DNA of 64,000 bases, from contig CM120648.1 of assembly GCA_051362555.1 (NCBI GenBank), forward strand, positions 19,154,587-19,218,586. The letters run 5' to 3'. Each line of letters opens with the position of its first letter. Position 1 is the first letter of the stretch. Source of the DNA: Lingula anatina (Eukaryota; Animalia; Brachiopoda). This document shows, one piece after another, positions 27,850 to 41,063 of this stretch. The notes under the pieces were generated by a model, which ran no database searches, was not told the origin of the DNA, and was given only the letters and a program-made list of their open reading frames with translations. The position numbers were made by a program, and so were the translations under genes.

Positions 27850-28439
27850 CAGGGCCGTAGCCTCCAGGGGGGGGGGGGGGGGGGGGGGGCAGGGGGGGGC
27901 AGGGGGGAGGGCAGCTGCTCCCCCCCAGGGCTGTGAGGTGCAAAAAAAAAAAAATAATAATCGCAAAGATAAAAAAAAAATATTAATAAATAATTGCTAA
28001 GTTGGTATCAATTCTGTGAGAAAATGCACTCATGGCCACTAGACAATCATTCAACAATATGTTTACAAAGGTGTACTGTTTACTTGTGTGTACTTAGCGG
28101 ATTGGCTCTCTTGCTTGTCCACAGAGGAAGTTACGTTATTCCTGATCCTGAGACAATCTACGAAATGAAGTCCAATTGGCGTGTTGTGTTGAAAAAATGA
28201 CTGTACTTATAGCAAAATGAACCCACAATTTCTGACTTCTAATTGAGCAATAAATAACAGTTAAAATGCACCAGAATGCAGTAGGCCTATTAGGGCCTAT
28301 ACATACAGTTTTTAAAAATTTTCCACACCGTGTATTATACATACAGTTTTTAAAAATTTTCCACACCGTGCTTCGCCCCCTCGTGTCAGCTTACTGCCCC
28401 CCCCCCCCCCCCTGGCATTTTGCTCAGGCTACGGCCCTG
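27850..28439 (+). mobile_element. Same MITE family, longer copy, 5-bp TSD (AAGAC)
   Basis: aagac|CAGGGCCGTAGCCT...AGGCTACGGCCCTG|aagac. Confidence 0.9.
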
Positions 28440-28499
28440 AAGACAGACGCGAATACTTTTAATCTTATGTCCCCCAGCCAGTTAGTCTGCAATCTCAAG

Positions 28500-28542
<43 letters not shown>

Positions 28543-29052
28543 TTTATTTTTTTATGTGAGGATTCTTGTGACCTTTGGTAATTACTAAGATGTCGGAGTC
28601 ATACCATGATTCTTCTTCTTCTTCTTCTCATTATTATTATTATTATTATAGAACAATCCTTATTCCTTGCAGATACCTGTTTTAAAATTGACATTCTACT
28701 GGCACCTGAACTCGCTGTGTCATCTATTATCCACTGCTCTGTGATGCCGTTTTGTTTCTCGTGGACTGTGATGCCGTTGCCGCCATTCTGTGTCCTGTCC
28801 TGGCCTTTCTCCTAAGCGAGTCAGTGCTGTATGTGATAAATAGGCGCCATTTTCTTCAACAGCCAGGAAGTAACAGGACGGAGATTGTGGGATAATGTTG
28901 AACATATTTGACAAAGAAAGAGATATGATCTGACCGACTTGTAGGTATATGGAGCAAGTGTTTATGTTACTGTGATCTCCAAGCTGCAGCACCAGAAGTG
29001 AACATAAAGTTTAGCAATCGCTGACAGAAATATTACAGGATCTACTGTCGGA

Positions 29053-29988
29053 ATGGAAGCCATGTTAGGGCAGTCTAGACGAGGTGTAAATCCAAGATCA
29101 GGACAGGTGACAGTACAGACACAACCTCCATTAGCTGAACAGGAAACAAATACAACATCAGCTCAACATCCTCATGTTTTCTTAGACAAGGCAGAATGTG
29201 TGCGTTCCTTCAGTACTGAACTAGAAGATGATAGAAGAACTGTCATAACTGGGTTAGCCATAGATAATGAACACATGTTTGTTGTGGATAATGAAAACAA
29301 CAGAACAAAAGTATTCACACATGAAGGACAATTTAAGTTTAACATTAAAGTAAACAGACCATGTGATGTGGCTGTGTCACAAACTGGTCACCTGTATATA
29401 ACATCACAGGGTGACAGTTGTGTCCAAGTGTACTCCACCAGAGGTCAGCAGGTGACAACCATGGGTCAGGGTCTACTGGAGTTACCATGGGGTATTACAC
29501 TGAACAGACAAGGTCATGTGATGGTTTGTGACGGAGGAAAGAAGTCCATCTTCACATTCCATGCAGACAGTGGACAGCTCCTGAACACTGTTCCACTCAG
29601 TATGTGTGAATACCCACTGTACATCACAGTGAACAGTGTGAATGATAACATTGTGATATCAGACACGTGGGGATACTGTGTACATGTGCTGTCACCTACT
29701 GGTGATCATCTGTACCAGTATGACGGCAGCAGAGAAGGCAGTAAACTGAGGTTACCACATGGAGTGTGCACAGACAGCTATGGTCACATCTTCATTGCTG
29801 ACACTGTTAACAACAGGATAGTGGCACTGAGTCCACAGGGACAGTTTTTCAGATACATTGTCACTGAGGATGATGGGTTCCTGTCTCCCACTGCAGTAGT
29901 CATCAACCCTGCTGGTCAGCTGGTGGTGGGAGAGGGGTGGGCCAATGTTAAGACATTCCAGTACATTGACCTGAAACAAGGTGAGTAA
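29053..29988 (+). CDS. NHL-repeat six-bladed beta-propeller (TRIM2/3-like C-terminal domain); probably an exon ending at 29980
   Basis: 311-aa intact ORF with repeated NHL blades (LELPWGITLNRQGHVMVCD, LRLPHGVCTDSYGHIFIADTVNNRIVAL, LSPTAVVINPAGQLVVGE). Consensus donor CAAG|GTGAGT at 29980/29981 (phase 1). The true 5' end is uncertain (possible acceptors at 29014 or 29038). Confidence 0.92.
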   Translation: MEAMLGQSRRGVNPRSGQVTVQTQPPLAEQETNTTSAQHPHVFLDKAECVRSFSTELEDDRRTVITGLAIDNEHMFVVDNENNRTKVFTHEGQFKFNIKVNRPCDVAVSQTGHLYITSQGDSCVQVYSTRGQQVTTMGQGLLELPWGITLNRQGHVMVCDGGKKSIFTFHADSGQLLNTVPLSMCEYPLYITVNSVNDNIVISDTWGYCVHVLSPTGDHLYQYDGSREGSKLRLPHGVCTDSYGHIFIADTVNNRIVALSPQGQFFRYIVTEDDGFLSPTAVVINPAGQLVVGEGWANVKTFQYIDLKQGE

Positions 29989-30584
29989 CATGTATTAACT
30001 GTGGATAGATATGATTATTATGTAAAATATTTGAAAGTTAATTAGTCTTACAATGTTTTTATCCATGAATATGTTTGCCTTTATTTCAATAAAAAAACTT
30101 TTAAGCATATTTAAATTCAGTGAGCACACAGCTGTGCTTTAGTAAAAATGTATGTAGAGTGGAGACATTTTCTATAGTTAATACTTTACTGTTACTGACC
30201 AATTTCCATGAACCCATTATAGTGATTAGGATTTTGAATAATGATGAAGAACTCTTTTTAATGGAATTTATAGTATGCTTTATTTGTATTTTTATTAAGT
30301 CACAAGAAAAACATCTTACATTGTTTAATCCCTGAACTTCTTGTCCATATGTCAGTGAAGAACAACTCAAATCTCACAACAGAACAGTCCAATTCTTCAT
30401 ATTCTTCATCTTGTAGCTGTTCATGAAAGCTTAGATATACCTAAATTCTCAAATGTATTTTGTCAAGTTTCTCGATGTCTTAATTACCACTTCTAGATTC
30501 AAAGACATTTCATCACCAGTTTGTTGTTAACACACACAAATAAATTAAATGTTGAAGTACTTTGGATGATACCTTATTTTCCTG

Positions 30585-31272
30585 GGGCCGGTTTCACAAA
30601 GCAGTAGTTAGTTAGCGATCGGTAGTTAGCCTCTCGCTAGTTATAGTGCCGTTTCACGAAGCAGTCGCTAGTTCTCTCGCTCTTTATTGTGTCGTTGTTA
30701 CCATGGATATTTAGCGACTGGTCAGACCAGTCGCTAACTCTAGAGTTTCATCGTACGCATGCGTAATGAGTGAAATAAAAAGGTTGCTTAGTTACCGTTG
30801 TCTGTCGTTTGTCTTTGTATCCAATATGGCGACAACCTTTTTTTGCTATCCGTACCCCCAGACGGCAACGTAGACTACGACGTTTTCATGAAAGGCAGAA
30901 TCTATTAGAATATACACGCGATGATGCAATTTACGAGAGGTTGCGCCTAGCTGTGACAAAAAGAGCGGCTAAAAGGTGGTGGAGATCCTTTACGACGACC
31001 TCAAAGCAGACGTTCTTATGCATTTCCAGCCGCCAGAAATTGGAGAGTTAGTGCTTTCGCGACACTTTTACGCAAGAGTTCCACTTCCGGTAGACTGTTT
31101 CGAGACTACGGTGAGTAACGAGAGAACTAACGACCGAACTTTACGACTGAACTTAGCGATGAGTTAACTACTGCTTCGTGAAACACCCCTCGAAAATCGC
31201 TAAGTTTGCTCGTTAGCGAGGTAGTTCAGTAGTTAGTTGTTCTAACTAACTACTGCTTTGTGAAACCGGCCC
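30585..31272 (+). mobile_element. PIF/Harbinger deletion derivative retaining the transposase N-terminus
   Basis: TIR GGGCCGGTTTCACAAAGCAGTAGTTAGTTAG at both ends, CTG target duplication; internal RRQRRLRRFHERQNLLEYTRDDAIYERLRL resembles the start of Harbinger transposases. Confidence 0.85.
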
Positions 31273-31522
31273 CTGACTTTGTGGATTGTTCTTTGCAAAT
31301 AAAACTAGCAGACGACCATTTTTGATGAAATGGAACTACTTTTCACAGGAATTAGTGTATTCATACACAACAGTGACCTTGGGTTTGGAATACAAAAAAA
31401 TAGTACATGCATTCATACTGTCACAGCATGCAAATTATAATGAAATATACAAAACTAAATACATTTTTATGTAACACAAGTTAAATGCATTTTTATTTAT
31501 TAAAATAATTTATTAATATTAA

Positions 31523-31568
<46 letters not shown>

Positions 31569-33398
31569 CTGGATAAAAACATTGATGAAATGGTTTTGAC
31601 CACCTTTTTGGACTTTTTAAACTTCATGCTGATAGACCCACATATTTATGTCAAAGGCCCAGACTAAATCTAGTCCCATGCATAAAAAGCCCAGACCCCA
31701 TGTTTATTACGCCCTGGCTGGGCCCATTCTTTATGGTGTTTGTTTTGTTAACAGCATAGTGGGCAAGTTAATTGACCAAGTTAATTGGCCAAGCTGCCAG
31801 TTTGTTTGTATGGCATGTGCGGGGGATGTCTTATAGAATAATAAAACCAGACAGAATATGCTGTGATTCCTAAATAAAATAGATTGGGGGGGGGGGGGAG
31901 GAGACACCAAGGGGCTCATGATTATAAATACCATAGCATTAATAATAATGGTTACATATGCACAACTCCTTTCTTATGTTTAAGTCATAACATGGTAAAT
32001 TGATCTGATTATCACGTAGGTGTAATATTTGGCCTTATCAAATATGTTTTTCATTGCATTAACAAAAATAAGTAAAATGTGTACAAAAGCCTGTTTCAGC
32101 AAAATGGTTTAAAATAATTTTTACTCAGAACATATCTTTGGAAGAACCTGCTAGGGGAGAAGACATATATGTTGTGGGAATTATACACCAATATCATATT
32201 CACCATAAATCATTGACATAAAGAGCTAGTGCATCATATTTATGACCTAAGTTGAAAATGACCCATCGTAACAGCTAGGAATAGGCACTTTTTGGACACA
32301 TAGTTGGCCATATTTTTGTAAATTGTAGTCGGATTATTATAATTCTTTTTTTATTTTGCTCCTATGAACAGTGTCTTTGATATCAGTCTAACAGCAATCT
32401 CTAATCATAAATTGTTAATTTATCAGACACTTGTAACATTAACCACATTTAATTGTTCACCCTGATTGTGAAACAGCTGCCTGCTCCAAATGTACTTGGT
32501 CTGCTCCAAATTTAAAAAAAAATATGGATGTTGATAAAATTTATTCTGAACAGTCTATAAGTCAGGCAGATTCAGTACAATGGCATATGTATTTGTAGGT
32601 TGATAAGTTATTAACTAAAGAAAAAAAAAAAACTTCATGTAATAATCATAATAGTTATACATAATACATGTATGATAATACATTTCACCACAATATGATG
32701 CAAAATTAACACCATCAAATGGAAACAAAAATAAACTTGTTTTTAAACCAACTCAACATATGTTTGTGCTACAAAACTGATACAACTGCACCAAATATCT
32801 TTTGCTATATGAAATACTTGTTGAAATGATGTTTTCAATAGAACTTATTTTTTATTTTATCTTTTTATTTAATCATGAGAAAAACTTTCTAAAATGTTGA
32901 TTCCCATTTCTTAGTATTATCATTATGCTTCACATATATATCAAGGCTGTTGCAATGTTTTTTTTAACTAGTAAACAAAATCTCTTACACTGCTACAGCA
33001 CATTATCTGCTAGCAACAATTTTTACATCTGATGGTTTTTAGAAGCTACTGTCCCTGTGATTCATCGGCTAATATTGCTTATATCTCAAGGTCAAATAGG
33101 CCAAAATCTCCTAAAAATGGGGGTTTAAAAAACATATATATGTTTGTGCCAATTTTTAGAAACTACACTGACCTAAGTGGGGGGATTACATTTTGGGACT
33201 TCATCTTCGGGAGTTTGGGGTCAATCGGTGCATTTTCACAGGGGAGGCAGCCGTTAGATGCCAAAGCTGAAAACTCTCTATTAAACCAGAACCCTTAATA
33301 CAAGAAACCTCTTGTTTTTTGCATTACATAGAGCTTGTCAAGCTCAATTGATATGTACTGGGGTTGGAATCCATTTTTTTGTTTGTTTTTGATATGTA

Positions 33399-35780
33399 CC
33401 CAGACAGCCTCAGTAATCTGGCCCACATCTGGCCCAGATCTGGCAACGTCTGGCAAAAGGTATGGCCCACGTATGGCTTGCCAGATCTGGGCCAGATGTG
33501 GCAATGTTTGGGCCAGATCTGGCCCAGACATTGCCACATCTGGCCCAGTCCACATTTGCTCATGTGGCCAGATGTCGGCCCAGATCTGGCATTATCTGGC
33601 AAAGGTATGGCATGCCGGATGTGGACCAGAAGTGGGCCAGGTTAGGGCCGGACATGGACCACATATGGCCCAGATTGTTTTTTTTTCTTTTTTTTTAAAT
33701 TATTTTTATTATTCAATTAAGATTACTATAAAAAAAAGACATACAAGATTCAAGATTCAAGTATTTATTCTGTGCTAAAACCCTAAACAAAATTATTACA
33801 CATTATATAACCTTGCTGGCAACTAACACGTAACAAATTAAGGGCCACTCCTTGTCTTTTTGTACAAAACAATGTATGTTTGAAAAAAAAAAAACTACAC
33901 TGCAAAAAGGCAAATATACAGACACTTAACAGGAGGAAATGTCACTTACATACATGTAAAGAAAACAGTTATAACAGCAATTTTTTTTCAACACAAAGCT
34001 GCTCATCGAGTCTGAATTAACACAAATTACAAAAATTGTAATTAATTATGCATATACATGGGGGGGGGGGAGGAGTTTGAGGGGGAAATATTTTTTCCTT
34101 GACAAGCTTATAATTATTAAAGGAATCAACAATGGAACAAGTAACTCTACCAAGTTAACAACAGTTCATTCAAATGTCAAGTCAAAACACAACATCCCTT
34201 CCTTTCTGGGAGAGAAACGGTCCTTTCAAAATATGTTAATTGACAGTTCAGTCTTTAAAATGTCTTTTCAAACATTTGCAGAATAGCATATGAACTCCAA
34301 CTTTTATTCCTTAAACCACACTGAAAATTCTCAAAACTAATCAACTCATATCAAATCCCATGTCCTTTCACTACTACGTACTGGTCTCTTCCTTTGCTTG
34401 CCTTTACGTCACATTCAAATGTTCCCTTCATTTTAAAGGTTTCTCAGACGTGTATGAATAATACTGTTTGTTTTCTGGTCCTCCACAAGAGCCACATTTA
34501 TTTTTCTTGGATTTCAGAATTCTCCATGTATTTTCATCAATGATATTACAATATGCACCTGAATCTGGTAATACACTGAGATTAACACCACCTCTATTTC
34601 CTCCATGTCTTCTGTGTATATTGCATTGGTTCCCACACCAAATGTATATGCACTCCTGGATTATCATGTTCAAAGCTGTCATTTACATGAATAATAGCTT
34701 CAGTTTTGCAGACTTTTGCAAAGTGATCCAACGTTCCATGTTTTCTCAGTCGGGGAGTTTCTACTTCGTTTTTCATGTCTAAACTCGTAATGTTAAGACT
34801 GACTTGGTTTGTCAAATGACTTCGGTTTCATCATACTCACAGTTTCTGGTGTTCCAATTCCATTTATGTATATTCATGTTTCTAACCTGTGTTTGGGAGA
34901 GTCCTGAAAATATCTTGTAAACCTGTCCCTGCTGAATACAACATAAGCGCGCGTCTCCTCTGTCATGTATTTTTAATTTTCTATCTTTGTTCATTATTCA
35001 TGCCGTCCGTTGGTTTTGAAAAGATCAATCTTTTCCGTCAGGTTAAAACTGTCTAGCCATCGCGTCAAGCGTGACCCTAATGTCTCTGGACTTCTGTACG
35101 GTTTGAATTCCGTAATTTCACATTTTCCTCCATTTTTTCAAAGAAAGTTGACTCACAGTTTTGCACTAGTGTTAATCCTCGTCGCCAGTGTTGATGCCTT
35201 CGAAATAAATCGCATCACGAATCAAATCACTCAACGAATTGTATCAGTTTGATAAGCTTGTGCTTTTTTCATATCCATAACTCTTTAGAAGAAACGCTAC
35301 ATCCGGGTCCCTGACCGGCTTATCATAAAAAGCGGAATCTTAAAACAGCAGAACGAGTAGTTCAAAAAAAGTTTTAGAACAGTGAATTCATTCAAATGTC
35401 AAGTCAAATTAAACAAATAGCACAGTTATGAGGGGACTTTGAAGAAAACAGAGAGAGATAAATTAAATCAAAATTTATCAAATGACGTCAGTTCACTGCA
35501 TTCAGCTCACTATAGTCCATAAAAAATAAATAAATAGAAAAAAAAAATTGAAAATGAAAGTACCATATCTGGCCCAAGTCTGGGCAGCATCTGGCAAAAT
35601 GTGGCATAAATGCCAGACTTTGCCAGACTTGGCCCAGATCTGGCAAGTGTCTGGCAAAATGTGGCATAAATGCCAGACTTTGCCCAGATCTGGCAAGTGT
35701 CTGGCAAAATCTGGCCCAGATATTGCCAGACCTTGCCAGATCTGGGCCAGACATGGGCCAGATTACTGAGGCTGTCTGGG
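33399..35780. mobile_element. Non-autonomous TIR transposon with CCC...GGG ends and TA flanks (CMC/EnSpm-like)
   Basis: ta|CCCAGACAGCCTCAGTAATCTGGCCCA ... TGGGCCAGATTACTGAGGCTGTCTGGG|ta; subterminal arrays of tggcccagatc motifs. Confidence 0.8.
34400..35301 (-). mobile_element. Degenerate Ty3/Gypsy gag-protease remnant with PBS
   Basis: Minus strand: short TG...CA segment (35301-35189), PBS-like TGGCGACGAGG (35187-35177), knuckle remnant GTLDHFAKVCK, protease VLPDSGAYCNIIDENTW; broken frames. Confidence 0.75.
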
Positions 35781-36207
35781 TAGGTTAGGAGTTGTGCTAT
35801 ATAAAAAAGTACATTTCGATATTCAGTAGTGAAGCAAAATGTGAAATACTCAAAAACTGGCAGAGATACACCCATGGTTACTATTGACCTTGAATAAGAA
35901 GTCACATACTGGCAGCCAAACTGTGACCTTGAAATTGACCTTTGACCTACTTTTCATCATGTACTAAGTCTTGCAAATTTTTTGCCTCTTTTATCTGCAA
36001 AAATGGCAGAGATACACTTACAGTTACTATTAACCTTGAATAGGAAGTCATATACTGGCAATCTTACTCTACGCCGCTTTGTAATCTGGAACATAGTCAA
36101 TCTTACACGTCAGACTTTGTGTGCAAATCGACTTTGTGATTTCTGATAAATGTCTGTATACTTCTCTTTGTTCTTCAGCAGTGATTCAGTATCCAGATTA
36201 CACACCC

Positions 36208-39200
36208 TTTTTATGTACAAACACAGATGTGTCTGTACATATAGCCATCATCTGCGTCTGTCGTCGCCGTCGTCGCCTTCGTCGCCGTGCACTTTTACCG
36301 ATAACACGATAAGTGGAATACTGTTTTTTCTTTTGGCTTGAAACTTACAGAGCTGATAAATATTCATAATACGCAGGTCAAGTTCGAAAATCAGCATGAT
36401 CGGGTCACTTTTAGGGAATTTATGCTGTTTTTTCACTTTTTTCAGCATATATGCAGCCCCGATAACACCATAAGTGGAAAACCTTTTGGCTTGAAACTTA
36501 CAGAACTGATGAATATTCATAATACGCAGGTTAAGTTCGAAAATCAGTGTGATTGGGTCATTTTTAGTGAATTTAGGCTGTTTTTTAATTTTTTCAGCAT
36601 AAATGCAGCACCGATAACACAATAAATGGAAAACCGTTAAATCTTTTGGCTTGAAATTTACAGAACTGATGAATATTCAAAATAGGCAGGTCAAGTTCGA
36701 AAATCAGCATGATCGAGCCACTTTTACGGAAGTTAAGCTGTTTTTTCACTTTTTTCAGCATTTTTGCAACACCGATAACATGATAAATGAAAAACTGTTT
36801 TACCCCTTGATTTGAAACTTACAGAACTGATAAATATTCATAATACACAAGTCGAGTTCGAAAATCAGCAGGATCGGGCCACTTTTTTGGAAGTTAAGCT
36901 GTTTTTTCCCTATTTTTTCAGCATACATGCAACACTGATAACACAATATAGGAAAAACAGATAGGCCAATTGTCATTATACTCACAGGAGTGGTCAATCT
37001 TACTAAAACGCAGGTTTAGTCCGAAAATCGGCATAATCGGTCCATTATTTTAGAAGTTATGCTGTTTTTTCACATTTCCTCAGATTTAATTCTTAGGCAT
37101 GTTAACAGTGTCATTATTGAACTATTAAGATACGTAAGTGTGTTTCTTTGGCATTTCCTGCATCTTTACAACATTGTTAGTTAATTTTGTAAAAATGATG
37201 GTAAACTTGTTATCGTGTATTGTGTAATAAAGTGTCAAAAATGAAAATAAATACATATCATTGCAGTTTGTCAGATTCAATCATCCACTATGTTCAGAAA
37301 CTCATAATGGATGAAATTGGACATATAACACTGTTCTATTGATATTTTTCCCATTTCATCAATTTTCTTAGTTTGTCATATAAAAATGGCAGTAAACTGT
37401 TTATTTTGTTTTATGTTAAAAATGGAAATAAACCCATATCAGAACAGTGCTGTCTTGTTTACATTTTGTAATTTTCAAGGTGTGACTTTGAAGTTCCATG
37501 GGACTGTAGACCTTTGCTTGTCACGTTTTCTGAATGTCCATGTTACTAATATTTTATTATGAAAATTTGATTGTCATTATGCTGTTAAACATTATGTAAT
37601 GTTGCATCAAAATTTGAAGAAACCCCTATTTATGGCACTGCTTCCATGAAGACCATTTTAGGAAAATCATGTCACTTACTGTTCTCAAACTTACAGGAAA
37701 GAAACATGGGACTAAAATACAGCTTCAGTAGGCAATGCAGTCTGTTTGGTAAATTTTTCTGGCAATTAAAACAATTTTTTTGTGAAAATTTAATTTTTCA
37801 CTTATTGGCATTTTCAAGGTGTGACTTAGTACCTCCACAGGCTTGAAGACCCATGCTAGTCACATTTTCTGAAAATCCATGATACTTATATTTTATTATT
37901 AAAAATTGATGGTCATCATGCTGTTAAGCATTATGTAATGTTGCATTAAAATAGAAGAAAACACAATTTTTGGTGCTGCTGCCATGATGACCATTATGGG
38001 AAAAAATTGTTACTTATGACTGTCAAACTTTCAAAAAAGAAACACAGGACTAAAATGCAGCCTAAGTTGGAAAAGCAGTCTGTTTAGCTTCTTTTTCTGG
38101 AAGTTATACATTTTAGTGAAATAATTATTATTATGTCTTTGGCATACTCATTGTGGGACTCGCGGCTCCCATTGACATGAAGCTGAATGGTAATCAACTT
38201 TTCTACATGTCCATGCTATTTATAGTCAATATTCAAAAATTGGTAATAATTATTCTGTAATTTTTTATGAAATGTTACATCAAAATTGACTAAAATCTTT
38301 TTGCACTGCTACTGCAAACAATATGAATAGAAAACTTATTATTATTTTTAACTTACAAGTATGATTTTTAGGATTGGCATGAACTTCAAATAAGAGAGCC
38401 AGCTCAGTTTTGTTTTCATTTTTCTCATTCTGTCACTTTCTAAATGTAATCTTGAACTCTGATGGGCCTGGAGCCTTGTGCTTTTACTTTCATCAGTGTT
38501 ACCTGTTGTGCATAATTAAAATTTGATGTTGACTGTACAGTTAAACATATTGTGTTGTTGCATCAGAGTTGGCAGTCTCCTGTTTTATTTTGTGCATTAT
38601 TTTTTCTGCTTTTCTTAAGGTGTGACTTATGGGCCTGAAGACCTGGGATAGACAAATTTGTGTGGTCAGTCTGTAAATTCCCTTTGGGTATTCACTAGGC
38701 TAATTTCAGTGCCACAAACTCATTCGCCTAATTAAGCAATTAAATTAAGCCATTAAATGAAATTTCATAAAGCACCCTTGTTGATATTTCCCTGTAAACT
38801 CCCAAAGGTTAAGCTCTCTGCCAGATAACATATCGTTCATAATAAGGAAGCAATGAATAGCAGCTTCATTGGAATTATATATATATTTTTTCTTTTTAAT
38901 TATTTCTCCAACACTGGCATTTTTAAGATGTGATTTTTAACTCCCATCCACAGGGCCGTAGCCTCCAGGGGAGCAAGGGGGCAGTTGCCCCCCCTGGGAT
39001 TTGAGGTGCAAAAAAAAAAAAAAAAAAATAATAATAATAATAATCAAAAAGGTAAAAAAAATAATTGCAAAGTTGATGTAAATTCTTTGAGAAAGTGCAC
39101 TCATGGCCACTAGCCAATCATTCAACAATCTGTTTACAAAGGTATACTGTTTTTAGCAAACTCAGTTCATGCCAATGCACCAGAATGCAGTATTATACAT

Positions 39201-39817
39201 ATAGTTTTTAAAAATTTTCCACACCGAGGGAGGGGGACAATCCCTCCCACACCCTACCCCCTCGGGGGGCTTTGCCCCCTCGTGTCCGCTTACTGCCCCC
39301 CCTGGCATTTTGCTCAGGCTACGCCCTGATCCACCTGAGGCTCTGCACATTTTCAGTATTTCCACATAAGCAGTTGTATTGGTATTTATGTCTTTAAACA
39401 CGCTGGAATATTATTTCATGCACTGTCATCTTTTTTCATATATTGGGACTTTCATCATGTGAATTTTAACTCTCATGGTCCTGAAACTGTAATCTTATTG
39501 AAGGGGTGGATTGAGACCATCTTCTGGGTCTCCTGGAAGACAGTCAGATTTTAAAGTTTATATTAACCGGTTTCTGTTGGAAGACCATCAAAATGGAGGA
39601 TGGATCAACAAGGATACTTTGGAATACTGTCAGAAAATATCTCTGGATCTGCATCTGTTAGTGACCATGTTACCTGTTGTGCATGATAATAAATTAGCGT
39701 TGACTGACTGTGCTATAATAAGCATACATTATTGCATCAAAATTGACAAAATAACCTATTTTGCATCTTTTTTTTTCTGTTTTTTGTCTGTACATTTGAC
39801 AGCTTTGCTGCCTTGTT
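36208..39817 (+). mobile_element. Helentron/DINE-1-like non-autonomous element (long family)
   Basis: T-run, hairpin ATGTACA(G/A)ACACA-GA-TGTGTCTGTACAT, (GTCGCC)n, ~161-bp tandem core, 3' sub-TIR gtctgtacat and stem-loop cagc-ttt-gctg, then TT. Confidence 0.8.
38951..39328 (+). mobile_element. Third CAGGGCCGTAG MITE, 5-bp TSD (ATCCA)
   Basis: atcca|CAGGGCCGTAGCCT...AGGCTACGCCCTG|atcca; empty site visible in the paralogous repeat near 51915. Confidence 0.88.
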
Positions 39818-40518
39818 ATCTATCTATTTTACTCAAAGTTTGTTTTACCCTGATATAAATAACACACCATAGTATTTTTGGGAATTTCTCAATTCAATTG
39901 AATTCAAAATTTTTAATTTAGCTGCGATTTATCGACTTTTGTCATCGTGAAAATATGAGATTTTACATAACACACTAATACCCAATGCATTTTCCATTTG
40001 AAAAAAAAAAAAAAAAAAACATTTCCACCAATTTAGAGTAGGTATGAGGGAGTTTTTGTGCAGGGGCGGAGCGATAAGGGGGAGTATCGGTGCAGGAAAA
40101 TATAAGTACAGGAAGTATTGGTGCGGGAAATTTAAACTGTGACGTACCTTATACACATGTAGGTACTGGGAATTGTCGGCGCGGGGGTTGTATAGGTATA
40201 ATAGTACGGAGGAGTATTTGTGCAGGGACTTAAAGCACAGGGGAGTATCTATCAAGGGACATACACAGATAGGTACGGAGAGAATTGGTGCCGGGGTGTA
40301 TAAGGTATGCTGCCGTTTAGTAGCAGTAGCAAAAGTGTACCAGTATTATGTTAAAAATTTGACGTTGTGACAGGAAAGGTAGTTTTAATGGGTGGATTCA
40401 AACATGGTCGTAGGCACGATCTGTATATATTTCTGTAACATACATTGAGCACTCCAATAACCTTTTCCCAGCCTATTTTGTCTTGATATAATCCTCTTCT
40501 GTGCTGCTCCTTCATTTA

Positions 40519-41063
40519 GAGCGCATTCTCAACGAATTAAGCCAGGCTTTACAAAGCCGGTGACCTAAAAATGGCGGACGTACATGAAAGAAAAACCGCC
40601 TAATCTTTTAATAGTCTCTCCGCCTCCTCACACGTCGTCCCTGCGGGGTACAGTAATTAAATCGCGTCTCCGTTCGCCATGTGGAAGCTACCTGAGAAAT
40701 ATTAAGTGCGCATGCTCATCAGTTAAACTCGTGGTGAAGAAAGCATGGCGGCTAAGGCGATCGAAGGAAAAAAGCTCTTCTGTTCTATTATCTTTGAAAA
40801 CAGAGACGAAAAAGGAATAATTTGGCCAGTAGAGCAGCAATGAATCGACTATCTACGGAGATAATATCACCAGAGATATCCACGGAAATATTTATGTTCG
40901 GAGCCGAGATTTAATTACAGTACCCCGCAGGGACGACGTGTGGGGAGGCGTGTGAGAGGCGGAGAGACTATTAAAAGATTAGGCGGTTTTTCTTTCATGT
41001 ACGTCCGTCATTTTTAGGTCCCCGGCTTTGTAAAGCCTGGCTTAATTCGTTGAGAATGCGCTC
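40519..41063. mobile_element. Harbinger-like MITE with ~140-bp TIRs, TTA target duplication
   Basis: tta|GAGCGCATTCTCAACGAATTAAGCCAGGCTTTACAAAGCCGG ... CCGGCTTTGTAAAGCCTGGCTTAATTCGTTGAGAATGCGCTC|tta. Confidence 0.88.

Noticed and set aside
33032-33298. ORF containing ITFWDFIFG as a possible Roc G3 (WDFxG) motif
   Set aside because: Lies upstream of the G1 exon, the motif is imperfect and there is no convincing splice context.
33295-35905. Overlapping ORFs rich in SGPDLA/QIWP
   Set aside because: Products of short subterminal repeats of the TIR element.
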